In this document: positions 57,475 to 64,000 of the stretch, piece by piece
Numbering within the stretch: the first letter of the stretch is position 1
Layout of the letters: every line of letters begins with the position of its first letter
IMG/VR virus record: IMGVR_UViG_3300025687_000022
Source: a virus
Direction: 5' to 3' (one strand)
Length of the DNA stretch: 64,000 nucleotides
Notes under the pieces: model-generated
Databases searched by the model: none
What the model was told of the DNA's origin: nothing
The model's input: the letters and a program-made list of their open reading frames with translations, nothing else
Made by a program: the position numbers and the translations under genes

Positions 57475-57503
57475 AATATAACTTGTTGATCAATTACAGT
57501 CAA
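57475..57503 (-). promoter_or_regulatory. Sigma70-type promoter of the thyX-containing operon
   Basis: Minus strand TTGACT-N17-TATATT, with an A-tract upstream and an AGGAGA RBS. Confidence 0.7.
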
Positions 57504-57529
57504 GTTTTTTTTCCTTTTTTCCTTTTATA

Positions 57530-57724
57530 CCTCGGGGGCAAATGGGGGGAAAATCGGGGGTATATGTATATCGCAAAATCTGGGAATTTTTCTGGGGGAT
57601 TTTTTTGGAATATTCAATATTTGGGAATTTTTATCGGCGTATCGTGAGGGGGCTATGCCCGCCTCCAGCACCCTCCTATCTTGCCGGGGACATATATCCC
57701 GGGGGGAGGAGGGGGGGAGGGGGG
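57530..57724. other. Non-coding region of alternating G-tracts and A/T-tracts
   Basis: Several G5-G7 runs on the + strand, ending in GGGGGGAGGAGGGGGGGAGGGGGG; marks a boundary in composition and gene organisation. Confidence 0.7.
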
Positions 57725-57777
57725 TCAGGTTAGCGCCGGTCAGGTTAGCGTTAATCAGGTAAGCGTCAATCAGTCAT
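57722..57777 (-). pseudogene. Pentapeptide-repeat gene remnant
   Basis: The promoter+RBS leads to ATG-ACT-GAT-TGA. The +1 frame reads LIDAY LINAN LTGAN LT. 26 nt are identical to 63861-63886. Confidence 0.7.
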
Positions 57778-57837
57778 GCTGCTTTCTCCTTTTGGTACTA
57801 CCAATATAACGCGGCAAGGTTATCTGTCAAGGGGATA

Positions 57838-58077
57838 TTACCTCTTAACGATCCGAACACCTTCATCTGCATCGAAGGCGCGCGTATCAGGGCTGAGGGC
57901 ATCACCGCTAAAAGGATCGGTGACTCGCAAAGTATAAACCAGCTTACCGTCAGGCAACTCGCGCACGCCGAAGATCTGGAAAGAGTGATGGTGCCCCTCG
58001 AAGCCGATCCGATCTCCAACCCGGACATCAGACGCGGGAACAATCTCCGTCTTCTTAGTGGTATCGTTATCAATCAT
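57838..58077 (-). CDS. Early small protein
   Basis: Own promoter and RBS; VRVGDRI SH3-like motif. Confidence 0.7.
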   Translation of the reverse strand: MIDNDTTKKTEIVPASDVRVGDRIGFEGHHHSFQIFGVRELPDGKLVYTLRVTDPFSGDALSPDTRAFDADEGVRIVKR

Positions 58078-58141
58078 GTTGCTCTCTCCTTTGGGGTATC
58101 TACAATGTAACCTGTTAGTTTAATCTGTCAAGGAAACTTAG

Positions 58142-58402
58142 TTAAAAAGAGCCGGGATCCTTGCTATCGATATACTCCTCGATCTCCCGAAGCATAGCAA
58201 CGTCATCGCTGCTAGAATAATCATCAAGGGAGTAGTTAAAGAGGACTCCATGTCCAGTAAGCCAGTCGCCCACCGCTGAGCGGATCGCAGTCAACAGATC
58301 GTAGCCCTCCCTATGAACGCGACCAAGAGCGATAGAGGAGATCGCGCCCTTCTCGCTGAGGTTAAAGAAAGGAGCGTTAGTGGTGGTATCGTTGTTAGTC
58401 AT
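58142..58402 (-). CDS. Early small protein
   Basis: Own promoter and RBS; start corrected to MTNNDT. Confidence 0.7.
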   Translation of the reverse strand: MTNNDTTTNAPFFNLSEKGAISSIALGRVHREGYDLLTAIRSAVGDWLTGHGVLFNYSLDDYSSSDDVAMLREIEEYIDSKDPGSF

Positions 58403-58461
58403 ACTCTTCTCTCCTTTGGGGTATCTACAATGTAACGTGGTGGAGCTATCTGTCAAGGGAG

Positions 58462-58704
58462 TTAGGCAAATTTATGGTTGGAGACTGACAGCACCTCGTT
58501 TCGAGAGTAGGCGTTGGAAGCGCGCCAAAGCATCTCAGAAAGAAAGCAAACCTTATACCATTGAGCGTCAAAGTAAGGGGGCTTCTCAATGTCGCCGTTG
58601 CGGATCGCAACGCGAAGACTGTTAAGAGTCTCCCACTCAGCGCGGATAGCCGCCGGATCAAGCGCTACAGGGATATGAGTCTCAGGGAAGTTCATGGTGC
58701 TCAT
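58462..58704 (-). CDS. Early small protein
   Basis: Own promoter and RBS; start corrected to MSTMNF. Confidence 0.7.
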   Translation of the reverse strand: MSTMNFPETHIPVALDPAAIRAEWETLNSLRVAIRNGDIEKPPYFDAQWYKVCFLSEMLWRASNAYSRNEVLSVSNHKFA

Positions 58705-58753
58705 GTTGCTCTCTCCTTTTGGTACTACCAATATAACTCGATAAGGCTATCTG

Positions 58754-58948
58754 TCAAGCGTCAATCTTATAAACAGACTCAAAAACTTTAAGCACCTCGC
58801 GGACCGTATCCTCGTGAATGGTGCGGCAGTCCATATCACCACACCACCAACCTTCATTAAGGTAACACCAATACCCGTCTTCATCACGCTCAAAAAGCTC
58901 GACAGCAGGATGCTTCATCAGATCGGCTCTAGTGCGGGGCGCTTTCAT
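58754..58948 (-). CDS. Early small protein
   Basis: Own promoter and RBS. Confidence 0.7.
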   Translation of the reverse strand: MKAPRTRADLMKHPAVELFERDEDGYWCYLNEGWWCGDMDCRTIHEDTVREVLKVFESVYKIDA

Positions 58949-59010
58949 GTTCTTCTCTCCTTTGGGGTACTACCAATATAACGCGGTGTGGCTATCTGTC
59001 AAGCAAATTT

Positions 59011-59187
59011 CTAAGGCTCTTGAAGTTCAGCGCCGTTTTCATCAGTTAGCATGCTGCAATCACTGCAGCGCAAGATCTGATAAAGGTAGACCTCTCCGTC
59101 AGACGCGAGGATCCTACCGATCCCGTGATCCTTCACCGCGCCGCCGCAGTCCTGACAGATAATAAGCTTAGAAGCTTTCTGAGTCAC
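59011..59187 (-). CDS. Early small zinc-ribbon protein
   Basis: GTG start after the RBS; CQDC...CSDC. Confidence 0.65.
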   Translation of the reverse strand: MTQKASKLIICQDCGGAVKDHGIGRILASDGEVYLYQILRCSDCSMLTDENGAELQEP

Positions 59188-59262
59188 GCTGATCTCCTTT
59201 GGGGGTACTGCCAATATAACTCGATGAAGCGACTTGTCAAGAAGATAGTGATATCTTTTTTA

Positions 59263-59312
59263 ACCACTAAATATGGGGGTTTTTGGGGGATTTACCACTA
59301 AATATGGGGGTT
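59263..59312. repeat. 19-bp direct repeat ACCACTAAATATGGGGGTT, two copies
   Basis: Copies at 59263-59281 and 59294-59312 in a non-coding gap. Confidence 0.85.
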
Positions 59313-59385
59313 AATTGGGTATACAGGGTGTTTATTTTTTTGGGTGGGCATTATCCCCCCACCATATAAGAGCCTATAACTACAC

Positions 59386-59423
59386 AATAAAAAGAAGCAA
59401 GGGAGAGCGGCTCCCCCTTGCTT
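59386..59423 (-). terminator. Intrinsic terminator
   Basis: AAGCAAGGG(A)GAG...CTC(C)CCCTTGCTT stem followed by CTTTTTATT on the minus strand. Confidence 0.75.
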
Positions 59424-59433
59424 TACTTAATAC

Positions 59434-59793
59434 TTACCAGCCCTTAAAAAGCATCAGCTTGAACTGAACCCAAGGGCTATCGCTATTATCGCTCATAAGC
59501 TCGTTAATCTCATTCTGAGCGATAATGCCGATAGCGTCAGGGTCAAGAAGAGTAGCGTTAGAAGCGGATCGAAGAATCATGCCAACGTGCTTAGAAGTGG
59601 TTTGAGAGATATACGTGCCCGAAGCGGTATAGTCAGCGACAACAACGTCGCCGTTAAAGTCGCGACAAGCGATAGGCTGAGAGTAAGAGTAAAGAATACC
59701 CTTGCTATGGTGAAGAGCGCCGTTAGGAGTAGTACCATCACGGTCACCGGAAAGAAAAGAAGCGATAAGAGAGTTGTTGTTGTACTTAGGCAT
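59434..59793 (-). CDS. Early protein
   Basis: Own promoter and RBS; LYSYSQPIA...SQTTSKH motif. Confidence 0.75.
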   Translation of the reverse strand: MPKYNNNSLIASFLSGDRDGTTPNGALHHSKGILYSYSQPIACRDFNGDVVVADYTASGTYISQTTSKHVGMILRSASNATLLDPDAIGIIAQNEINELMSDNSDSPWVQFKLMLFKGW

Positions 59794-59857
59794 GTTGCTT
59801 TTCTCCTTTGGGGTATCTACAATATAACTCGATGAAGCTATCTGTCAAGAAGTTTTT

Positions 59858-60121
59858 TTAGTTAGTGCTCTCGACGGTAGAAGGCTCAGTAACAGTGACG
59901 GTAGTAACTTGGATATCAGCGTTAGGAGCGCGGTTAGCGATAATGTAAGTATCCTCACTAACCTTAATCGAATACTGCGACCGGTTAACAGACCGAGGGC
60001 GGAAAGTGCCGATAGGAGTCATACCAGCCGCCTTGATAGCAGCGCGGATCTGGTGCTTACCCTCTTTCCAAGTAACGTAAGTAAGACCAGCGGGGGCGAC
60101 GAGCTTGCCAATAACTTTCAT
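59858..60121 (-). CDS. Early small protein
   Basis: Start corrected to MKVIGK after the RBS. Confidence 0.7.
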   Translation of the reverse strand: MKVIGKLVAPAGLTYVTWKEGKHQIRAAIKAAGMTPIGTFRPRSVNRSQYSIKVSEDTYIIANRAPNADIQVTTVTVTEPSTVESTN

Positions 60122-60188
60122 GTTCTTCTCTCCTTTAAGGTATCTACAATATAACTCGATGGTGCTATCTGTCAAGAACTTTTTTTAT

Positions 60189-60389
60189 TTAGTGATCTCG
60201 CGGATCAGACTCAACAGGAAGCAGATCGGCAAGGGGGACGCGACGGGTAAGCGATCCGCGCCAACGGTTCCAACCCAAGCCAGCGCCGTCGATAACCCAG
60301 CGAAGATCGACATACTTATCACTAGTATCAGCGACCATACAGCGCTTGTTAGCGTAGACAACGATATCACCGATCTGAATCTTAGTCAT
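60189..60389 (-). CDS. Early small KOW/SH3-like protein
   Basis: Own promoter and RBS; IQIGDIVVY. Confidence 0.7.
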   Translation of the reverse strand: MTKIQIGDIVVYANKRCMVADTSDKYVDLRWVIDGAGLGWNRWRGSLTRRVPLADLLPVESDPRDH

Positions 60390-60497
60390 ACTCTTCTCCT
60401 TTTGGTACTACCAATGTAACTCGATGGGACGACTTGTCAAGAACTTTTTTTATTTAATGCTCTCAAGTGCTAAGTGGGGGAAAAAATAGGAGAAAAT

Positions 60498-60677
60498 TTA
60501 GCCGCCGATCAGCGCTTCATACGCAAGCGCTTTAGAAAACCGGCGCTGCGCCCGGTTAAAACGGCGGCGCGCCCGCCCATAGCCGGGATCGCCACGGTAG
60601 CCGAGGCGGCGATCATCGCGCCAAAGGGAAACCTCGGAATAGTTGGAAGCAAGGGAACGCTCGTGCCGCTTCGACAT
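60498..60677 (-). CDS. Early small Arg-rich protein
   Basis: Start corrected to MSKRHER; GRARRRFNRAQRRFSK. Confidence 0.7.
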   Translation of the reverse strand: MSKRHERSLASNYSEVSLWRDDRRLGYRGDPGYGRARRRFNRAQRRFSKALAYEALIGG

Positions 60678-60739
60678 GTTCTTATCTCCTTTTGGTACTG
60701 ACAATGTAACCTGATTATCTAGTCTGTCAAGAAGTTTTT

Positions 60740-60931
60740 TTAAATTCCCATGCGCCGCCGCCGATCCTGCATACGCTTGCGAGACTGATCATATAGGTCG
60801 CGATCAACCACGTCCACACGCTCATAGTGCTGCCAGTGCGGGTGAATAATCGCCAGCGCCGCCAGCGCGCCGCGCCGATCTCCAGACTCAATATGCTCGC
60901 GATACTTGTTAATGGCGGCGCTAACAGTCAT
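60740..60931 (-). CDS. Early small protein
   Basis: Start corrected to MTVSAA. Confidence 0.7.
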   Translation of the reverse strand: MTVSAAINKYREHIESGDRRGALAALAIIHPHWQHYERVDVVDRDLYDQSRKRMQDRRRRMGI

Positions 60932-60994
60932 GTTACCTTCTCCTTTGGGGTACTGACAATGTAACCGACTATGAGAATCTGTCAAGAACTTTTT

Positions 60995-61207
60995 TTAGTT
61001 CTTAACCCTGGAAGGACCGCGAAGCTCATAATCTTTAATGTATTCAAAGCCTTGCGCATCCAAATTATCGATCAGCCGCTCCTCGGCGTCCTCGGCATTA
61101 TAACCCCAAGCAACCACAGCGCTTTTGGGTTCACATTCGTCGGTTGAGATATAAGAAAAGCGATACAGGTAAAGAGTACCGTGCTTACCATTTTTGGTTT
61201 TATACAT
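60995..61207 (-). CDS. Early small protein
   Basis: Own promoter and RBS. Confidence 0.7.
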   Translation of the reverse strand: MYKTKNGKHGTLYLYRFSYISTDECEPKSAVVAWGYNAEDAEERLIDNLDAQGFEYIKDYELRGPSRVKN

Positions 61208-61276
61208 GCTCTTCTCCTTTGGGGTACTGACAATGTAACCGACTATGAGAATCTGTCAAGAACTTTTTTTAAACTA

Positions 61277-61351
61277 CTAAACCAACCAGAAAACCATATA
61301 CCAGCAGGCAAGAGTAAAAACAAGAGTCACAGCCGATAGAAAGTTGTCCAC
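61277..61351 (-). CDS. 24-aa hydrophobic micropeptide (not in ORF track)
   Basis: Own promoter and GGGAG RBS; GTG start; MDNFLSAVTLVFTLACWYMVFWLV. Confidence 0.65.
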   Translation of the reverse strand: MDNFLSAVTLVFTLACWYMVFWLV

Positions 61352-61412
61352 GTTGTCTCCCTTTCTGGTGCTAACAATATAACCGGCTGGTTAAATCTGT
61401 CAAGAAGTTTTT

Positions 61413-61781
61413 TTAAGAAATGATCTCGCTCATGTGCTTAATCGCAAAATCGTAGCGATTTGCAGTAGATAGGACGCCGCCCCAGCCGTTCTGGGTAGCT
61501 ACGTCGCGCAAGCGCTGCTCTCGCTGGCGCTCTTCAGTAAGGAATTCGCTTATAAAATCGCGGACATACGACATTCCCTCTGGAGTGATCACATAACTTT
61601 CCCAAGAGCGGCTAGCAGGAGCGACAAGGTTTCGTCGATACAGCGCTCGAAGCGTCGAGATCGAAGCGACAGAGCTAACGCCAGACAAGTCAGGCGAGAA
61701 GGCTCCAGGGTTTGCAAGGCTAGCAAACTTCTGACGAACCAGACACCGGAGAGCGCGAGCTTGAGCAGAAGTGATATCCAT
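61413..61781 (-). CDS. Early protein with winged-helix-like pattern
   Basis: ITSAQARALRCL...TLRALYRRNLV...YVITPEG. Confidence 0.7.
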   Translation of the reverse strand: MDITSAQARALRCLVRQKFASLANPGAFSPDLSGVSSVASISTLRALYRRNLVAPASRSWESYVITPEGMSYVRDFISEFLTEERQREQRLRDVATQNGWGGVLSTANRYDFAIKHMSEIIS

Positions 61782-61842
61782 GTTTTCTCCCTTTTGGTAC
61801 TGACAATGTAACCTGATTATCTAGTCTGTCAAGAAGTTTTTT

Positions 61843-61917
61843 TCAGATACTCAAAACAAAAGCGAAAACCATGAGATAAGGAAGGCAGTAGAAGAGAACC
61901 GAAATAAAAAACCGCAT
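61843..61917 (-). CDS. 24-aa hydrophobic micropeptide (not in ORF track)
   Basis: Own promoter and AGGAGA RBS; MRFFISVLFYCLPYLMVFAFVLSI. Confidence 0.7.
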   Translation of the reverse strand: MRFFISVLFYCLPYLMVFAFVLSI

Positions 61918-61964
61918 GCTTTCTCCTTTCTGGTGCTGGTAATGTAACCGACTATGAGAATCTG

Positions 61965-62198
61965 TCAAGAAGAAAAATCTTTTTTCATAGCTTCAGACCT
62001 CGCGTCAAACATAGCCTGAGTATTTTGGTATGGATAATGGCTAGCCCAAATCGTACCGGAAGCGGGGTTGCGACCAATCCAGCGAGATTTACGATTACTC
62101 CACGCAAGCTGAATCCACTGCCCCGGACGGAGCTTAACCTCACCCGAATGAAGCTTTACGATTAGGTCGTTATCAACTAGAATGGTCTTGAAGTACAT
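61965..62198 (-). CDS. Early small protein
   Basis: Own promoter and RBS. Confidence 0.7.
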   Translation of the reverse strand: MYFKTILVDNDLIVKLHSGEVKLRPGQWIQLAWSNRKSRWIGRNPASGTIWASHYPYQNTQAMFDARSEAMKKDFSS

Positions 62199-62284
62199 GC
62201 TCTTCTCCTTTCTGGTGCTGATAATGTAACCGACTATGAGAATCTGTCAAGAACTTTTTTTTGTGATTAAGATAATCCTGAAAC

Positions 62285-62395
62285 TCAGCTTTGAAATGCT
62301 GCAAAAATCCTGTTTAAAACAAAGTTAAAAGTATCCCGATCTGTATCTTCTTGCGCGATCATTGCAAGAAGTCTGGCAATTTCTGATTTTGTCAT
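62285..62395 (-). CDS. 36-aa protein (not in ORF track)
   Basis: Starts at the junction-repeat ATGA; MTKSEIARLLAMIAQEDTDRDTFNFVLNRIFAAFQS. Confidence 0.55.
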   Translation of the reverse strand: MTKSEIARLLAMIAQEDTDRDTFNFVLNRIFAAFQS

Positions 62396-62580
62396 TCTTC
62401 GTTCTCCTTTTCTTCTTCAGCTTTCTTAATCAGATCCATCAAAGTGCAGGCAGTATGCCACTTTTTATCAAAATCTTCTACAGTATGTTTCATTCCAAGA
62501 GCGCGTATATGTTCCAAAGCATGGAAGTTTCTACGGATCTCTCTGACATTTAGGGTGATAGTGATCTCGTCGTTGTTCAT
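62392..62580 (-). CDS. Early small protein
   Basis: Own promoter; ends in ENEE. Confidence 0.7.
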   Translation of the reverse strand: MNNDEITITLNVREIRRNFHALEHIRALGMKHTVEDFDKKWHTACTLMDLIKKAEEEKENEE

Positions 62581-62652
62581 ATTCTTCTCTCTTTAGCATA
62601 AACAATATAACCCGCTGGTTAAATCTGTCAAGAAGTTTTTTTAGCTGTTCTC

Positions 62653-62964
62653 TTATTCTTCCCAACTTACGCAATAATGGTTAGCACCATAACTAGTGCG
62701 TAGCCCCTGCTCTCTCAGAAGAAAGAGCGCCTGATTTAGTGCATCATCAGCCCAAGCGGGAAGCTCTTCACATAAAATAGACTCCTCATCTTCTGGAAAG
62801 GCAGAAGCATACGCGCCTTTCAAACTAAAAACGATCTCCTCTTCACCGACACTAGCCGCATCACGGCAAAATTGCTCAATCTTGTCGTAAAAGGCTTGCA
62901 CATGCATACAAGAAGCGGTTTTAGCTGCGGCAGTTCGCTCACGAAGTTCTTGGGCAAGGTTCAT
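62653..62964 (-). CDS. Early small protein
   Basis: Start corrected to MNLAQEL. Confidence 0.7.
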   Translation of the reverse strand: MNLAQELRERTAAAKTASCMHVQAFYDKIEQFCRDAASVGEEEIVFSLKGAYASAFPEDEESILCEELPAWADDALNQALFLLREQGLRTSYGANHYCVSWEE

Positions 62965-63026
62965 AGTTTTTCTCCTTTGGGGTAATGACAATATAACCGA
63001 CTATGAGAATCTGTCAAGAAGTTTTT

Positions 63027-63224
63027 TTAGTCCTCTTCAAACACGTCAGGATCGATATATGCCGGGCTTACGTCGCCGGGGAGAATAAGCATTACCTCCT
63101 CCCAATCTTCAGCGAGGCGGCTCGCCTCGCGGTATGCGTCGTTAGGGCTAGACTGGCTATACAGGCATAGCGGGCGAGTGAAGGTCTTCGCGAAATTATC
63201 GATCAAAATCGCAGTATAAGTCAT
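63027..63224 (-). CDS. Early small acidic protein
   Basis: Start corrected to MTYTAIL. Confidence 0.7.
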   Translation of the reverse strand: MTYTAILIDNFAKTFTRPLCLYSQSSPNDAYREASRLAEDWEEVMLILPGDVSPAYIDPDVFEED

Positions 63225-63286
63225 GCTCTTCTCTCCTTTTGGTACTACCAATTTAACTTGCTATGAGAGTTTGTCAAGAAGTTTTT

Positions 63287-63514
63287 TTAGATTCGATCTC
63301 GCCAGCTATCGTCATCAGGGGATGAAGGAACATAATCATCCTGCCAATGTCCATAAATCCGCGTATGGTCCTCAACTTCAGGATCGGTAGAAGTGCGAGA
63401 ACTTGAATCTGGCGAACTGCAATGCTCCTGAGCTTCTTCCAGCGTCAATCCATCAGCGATAATGATATTGGAAACACTTGGAGCATCATAAAAGCGAACA
63501 ATCATATAGCTCAT
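63287..63514 (-). CDS. Early small acidic protein
   Basis: Start corrected to MSYMIVRFY; GLTLEEAQEHC. Confidence 0.7.
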   Translation of the reverse strand: MSYMIVRFYDAPSVSNIIIADGLTLEEAQEHCSSPDSSSRTSTDPEVEDHTRIYGHWQDDYVPSSPDDDSWRDRI

Positions 63515-63576
63515 GTTCTTCTCTCCTTTTGGTACTGACAATATAACCTGATAGTTCAATGAGTCAAGAACTTTTT

Positions 63577-64000
63577 TTAGATTTTGATCATGCCAGCTTT
63601 AATGGGATCAAAATCATCATCAAAAACAGTAGCTTCGTTGTATACAGCGTCGGTCAGGTTAGCGCATCTCAGGTCAGCGCGAAGGTCAGCGCTGGACAGG
63701 TTAGCGCCAGTCAGGTTGGCGTGGTACAAGATAGCGTTGGTCAGGTCAGCGCCGGTCAGGTCAGCGGTTCTCAGGTCAGCGCTGGTCAGAAAAGCGCAAT
63801 ACAGGTCAGCGTCAATCAGGTTAGCGTCAATCAGGATAGCGCGGTACAGGTTAGCGGATCTCAGGTTAGCGCCGGTCAGGTTAGCGCATCTCAGGTCAGC
63901 GCGGGTCAGGTCAGCGCGGGTCAGGTCAGCGCGGGTCAGGTCAGCGCGTCTCAGGTTAGCGGATCTCAGGTTAGCGTTGGTCAGGTTAGCGCGGGTCAGG
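63577..64000 (-). CDS. Pentapeptide-repeat protein, 5' end beyond the window
   Basis: 15-bp tandem repeats encoding A(N/D)Lxx (LTRAN LTNAN LRSAN LRRAD LTRAD...), ending in AVYNEATVFDDDFDPIKAGMIKI. Confidence 0.92.
   Translation of the reverse strand, partial: LTRANLTNANLRSANLRRADLTRADLTRADLTRADLRCANLTGANLRSANLYRAILIDANLIDADLYCAFLTSADLRTADLTGADLTNAILYHANLTGANLSSADLRADLRCANLTDAVYNEATVFDDDFDPIKAGMIKI

Larger units (their letters stand above)
57778..63570 (-). promoter_or_regulatory. Array of about 20 repeated early promoter+RBS units
   Basis: Consensus AAAAAAxTTCTTGACAGAT...GTTA(T/C)ATTG...ACCxxAAAGGAGA-ATG. The -35 boxes (tgtcaa on +) are at about 57825, 58126, 58451, 58752, 58997, 59235, 59843, 60170, 60435, 60725, 60980, 61254, 61398, 61827, 61963, 62245, 62626, 63012, 63272 and 63562 (the last reads agtcaa). 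Confidence 0.92.

Noticed and set aside
57542-57733. + strand 63-aa ORF across the G-tract region
   Set aside because: Low-complexity Gly-rich translation, on the opposite strand to all other genes, with no RBS.
58142-63559. N-terminal extensions in the ORF track (MTDS..., MVVPKGE..., MSVPKGE...) as a shared peptide leader
   Set aside because: They are translations of the repeated promoter/RBS DNA. The true starts follow the AGGAGA.
57778-63570. CRISPR array or integron attC cassette array
   Set aside because: The repeats are degenerate promoter+RBS units, the intervals are variable-length ORFs, there is no attC-like palindrome, and no cas or integrase gene is present.
1-64000. Stop-codon reassignment, as seen in some large phages
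   Set aside because: The standard code gives full-length, densely packed genes, and TAA, TAG and TGA all terminate ORFs.

Overview
This window looks like part of a large lytic tailed phage (T4-like or jumbo type). It is mostly AT-rich, and essentially every real gene is on the minus strand. From left to right: (1) 1-7.1 kb, virion/baseplate-type genes, including a >1,600-codon ORF that runs off the left edge and an M15 peptidoglycan peptidase; (2) a gp55-like sigma factor and small genes; (3) 8.9-22.5 kb, a nucleotide-sugar/glycosylation cluster (split HldE-like kinase and nucleotidyltransferase, ColD/RfbH-type PLP enzyme, RmlC, TPP-dependent E1 alpha/beta pair, B12 radical SAM, epimerase, five glycosyltransferase genes); (4) a PD-(D/E)XK nuclease, PIN-PhoH, tRNA-Pro(TGG), tRNA-Ala(TGC) and an HNH nuclease; (5) 26.7-53 kb, where unrelated domains share one of two N-terminal leaders (MKITKxxLKQIIKEE or MKKLFENWxxFLxE). 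These include ADP-ribosyltransferase-like, Pol-beta nucleotidyltransferase and zincin proteins, plus ten mosaic leucine-rich-repeat (LRR) paralogs built from GC-rich 69-bp repeats with hypervariable binding-face residues; (6) thyX and small genes joined by a recurrent GGAGAACGAAGAATGA junction; (7) a G-tract non-coding boundary, then about 20 promoter+RBS units (TTGACA-N16-TA(T/C)ATT...AGGAGA), each driving a small early gene, ending in a pentapeptide-repeat gene at the right edge. The best candidate for an undescribed system is the leader-tagged, probably capsid-packaged effector set with its diversified LRR repertoire. All function calls come from motif recognition by eye, GC contrasts are visual estimates, and no database searches were run.
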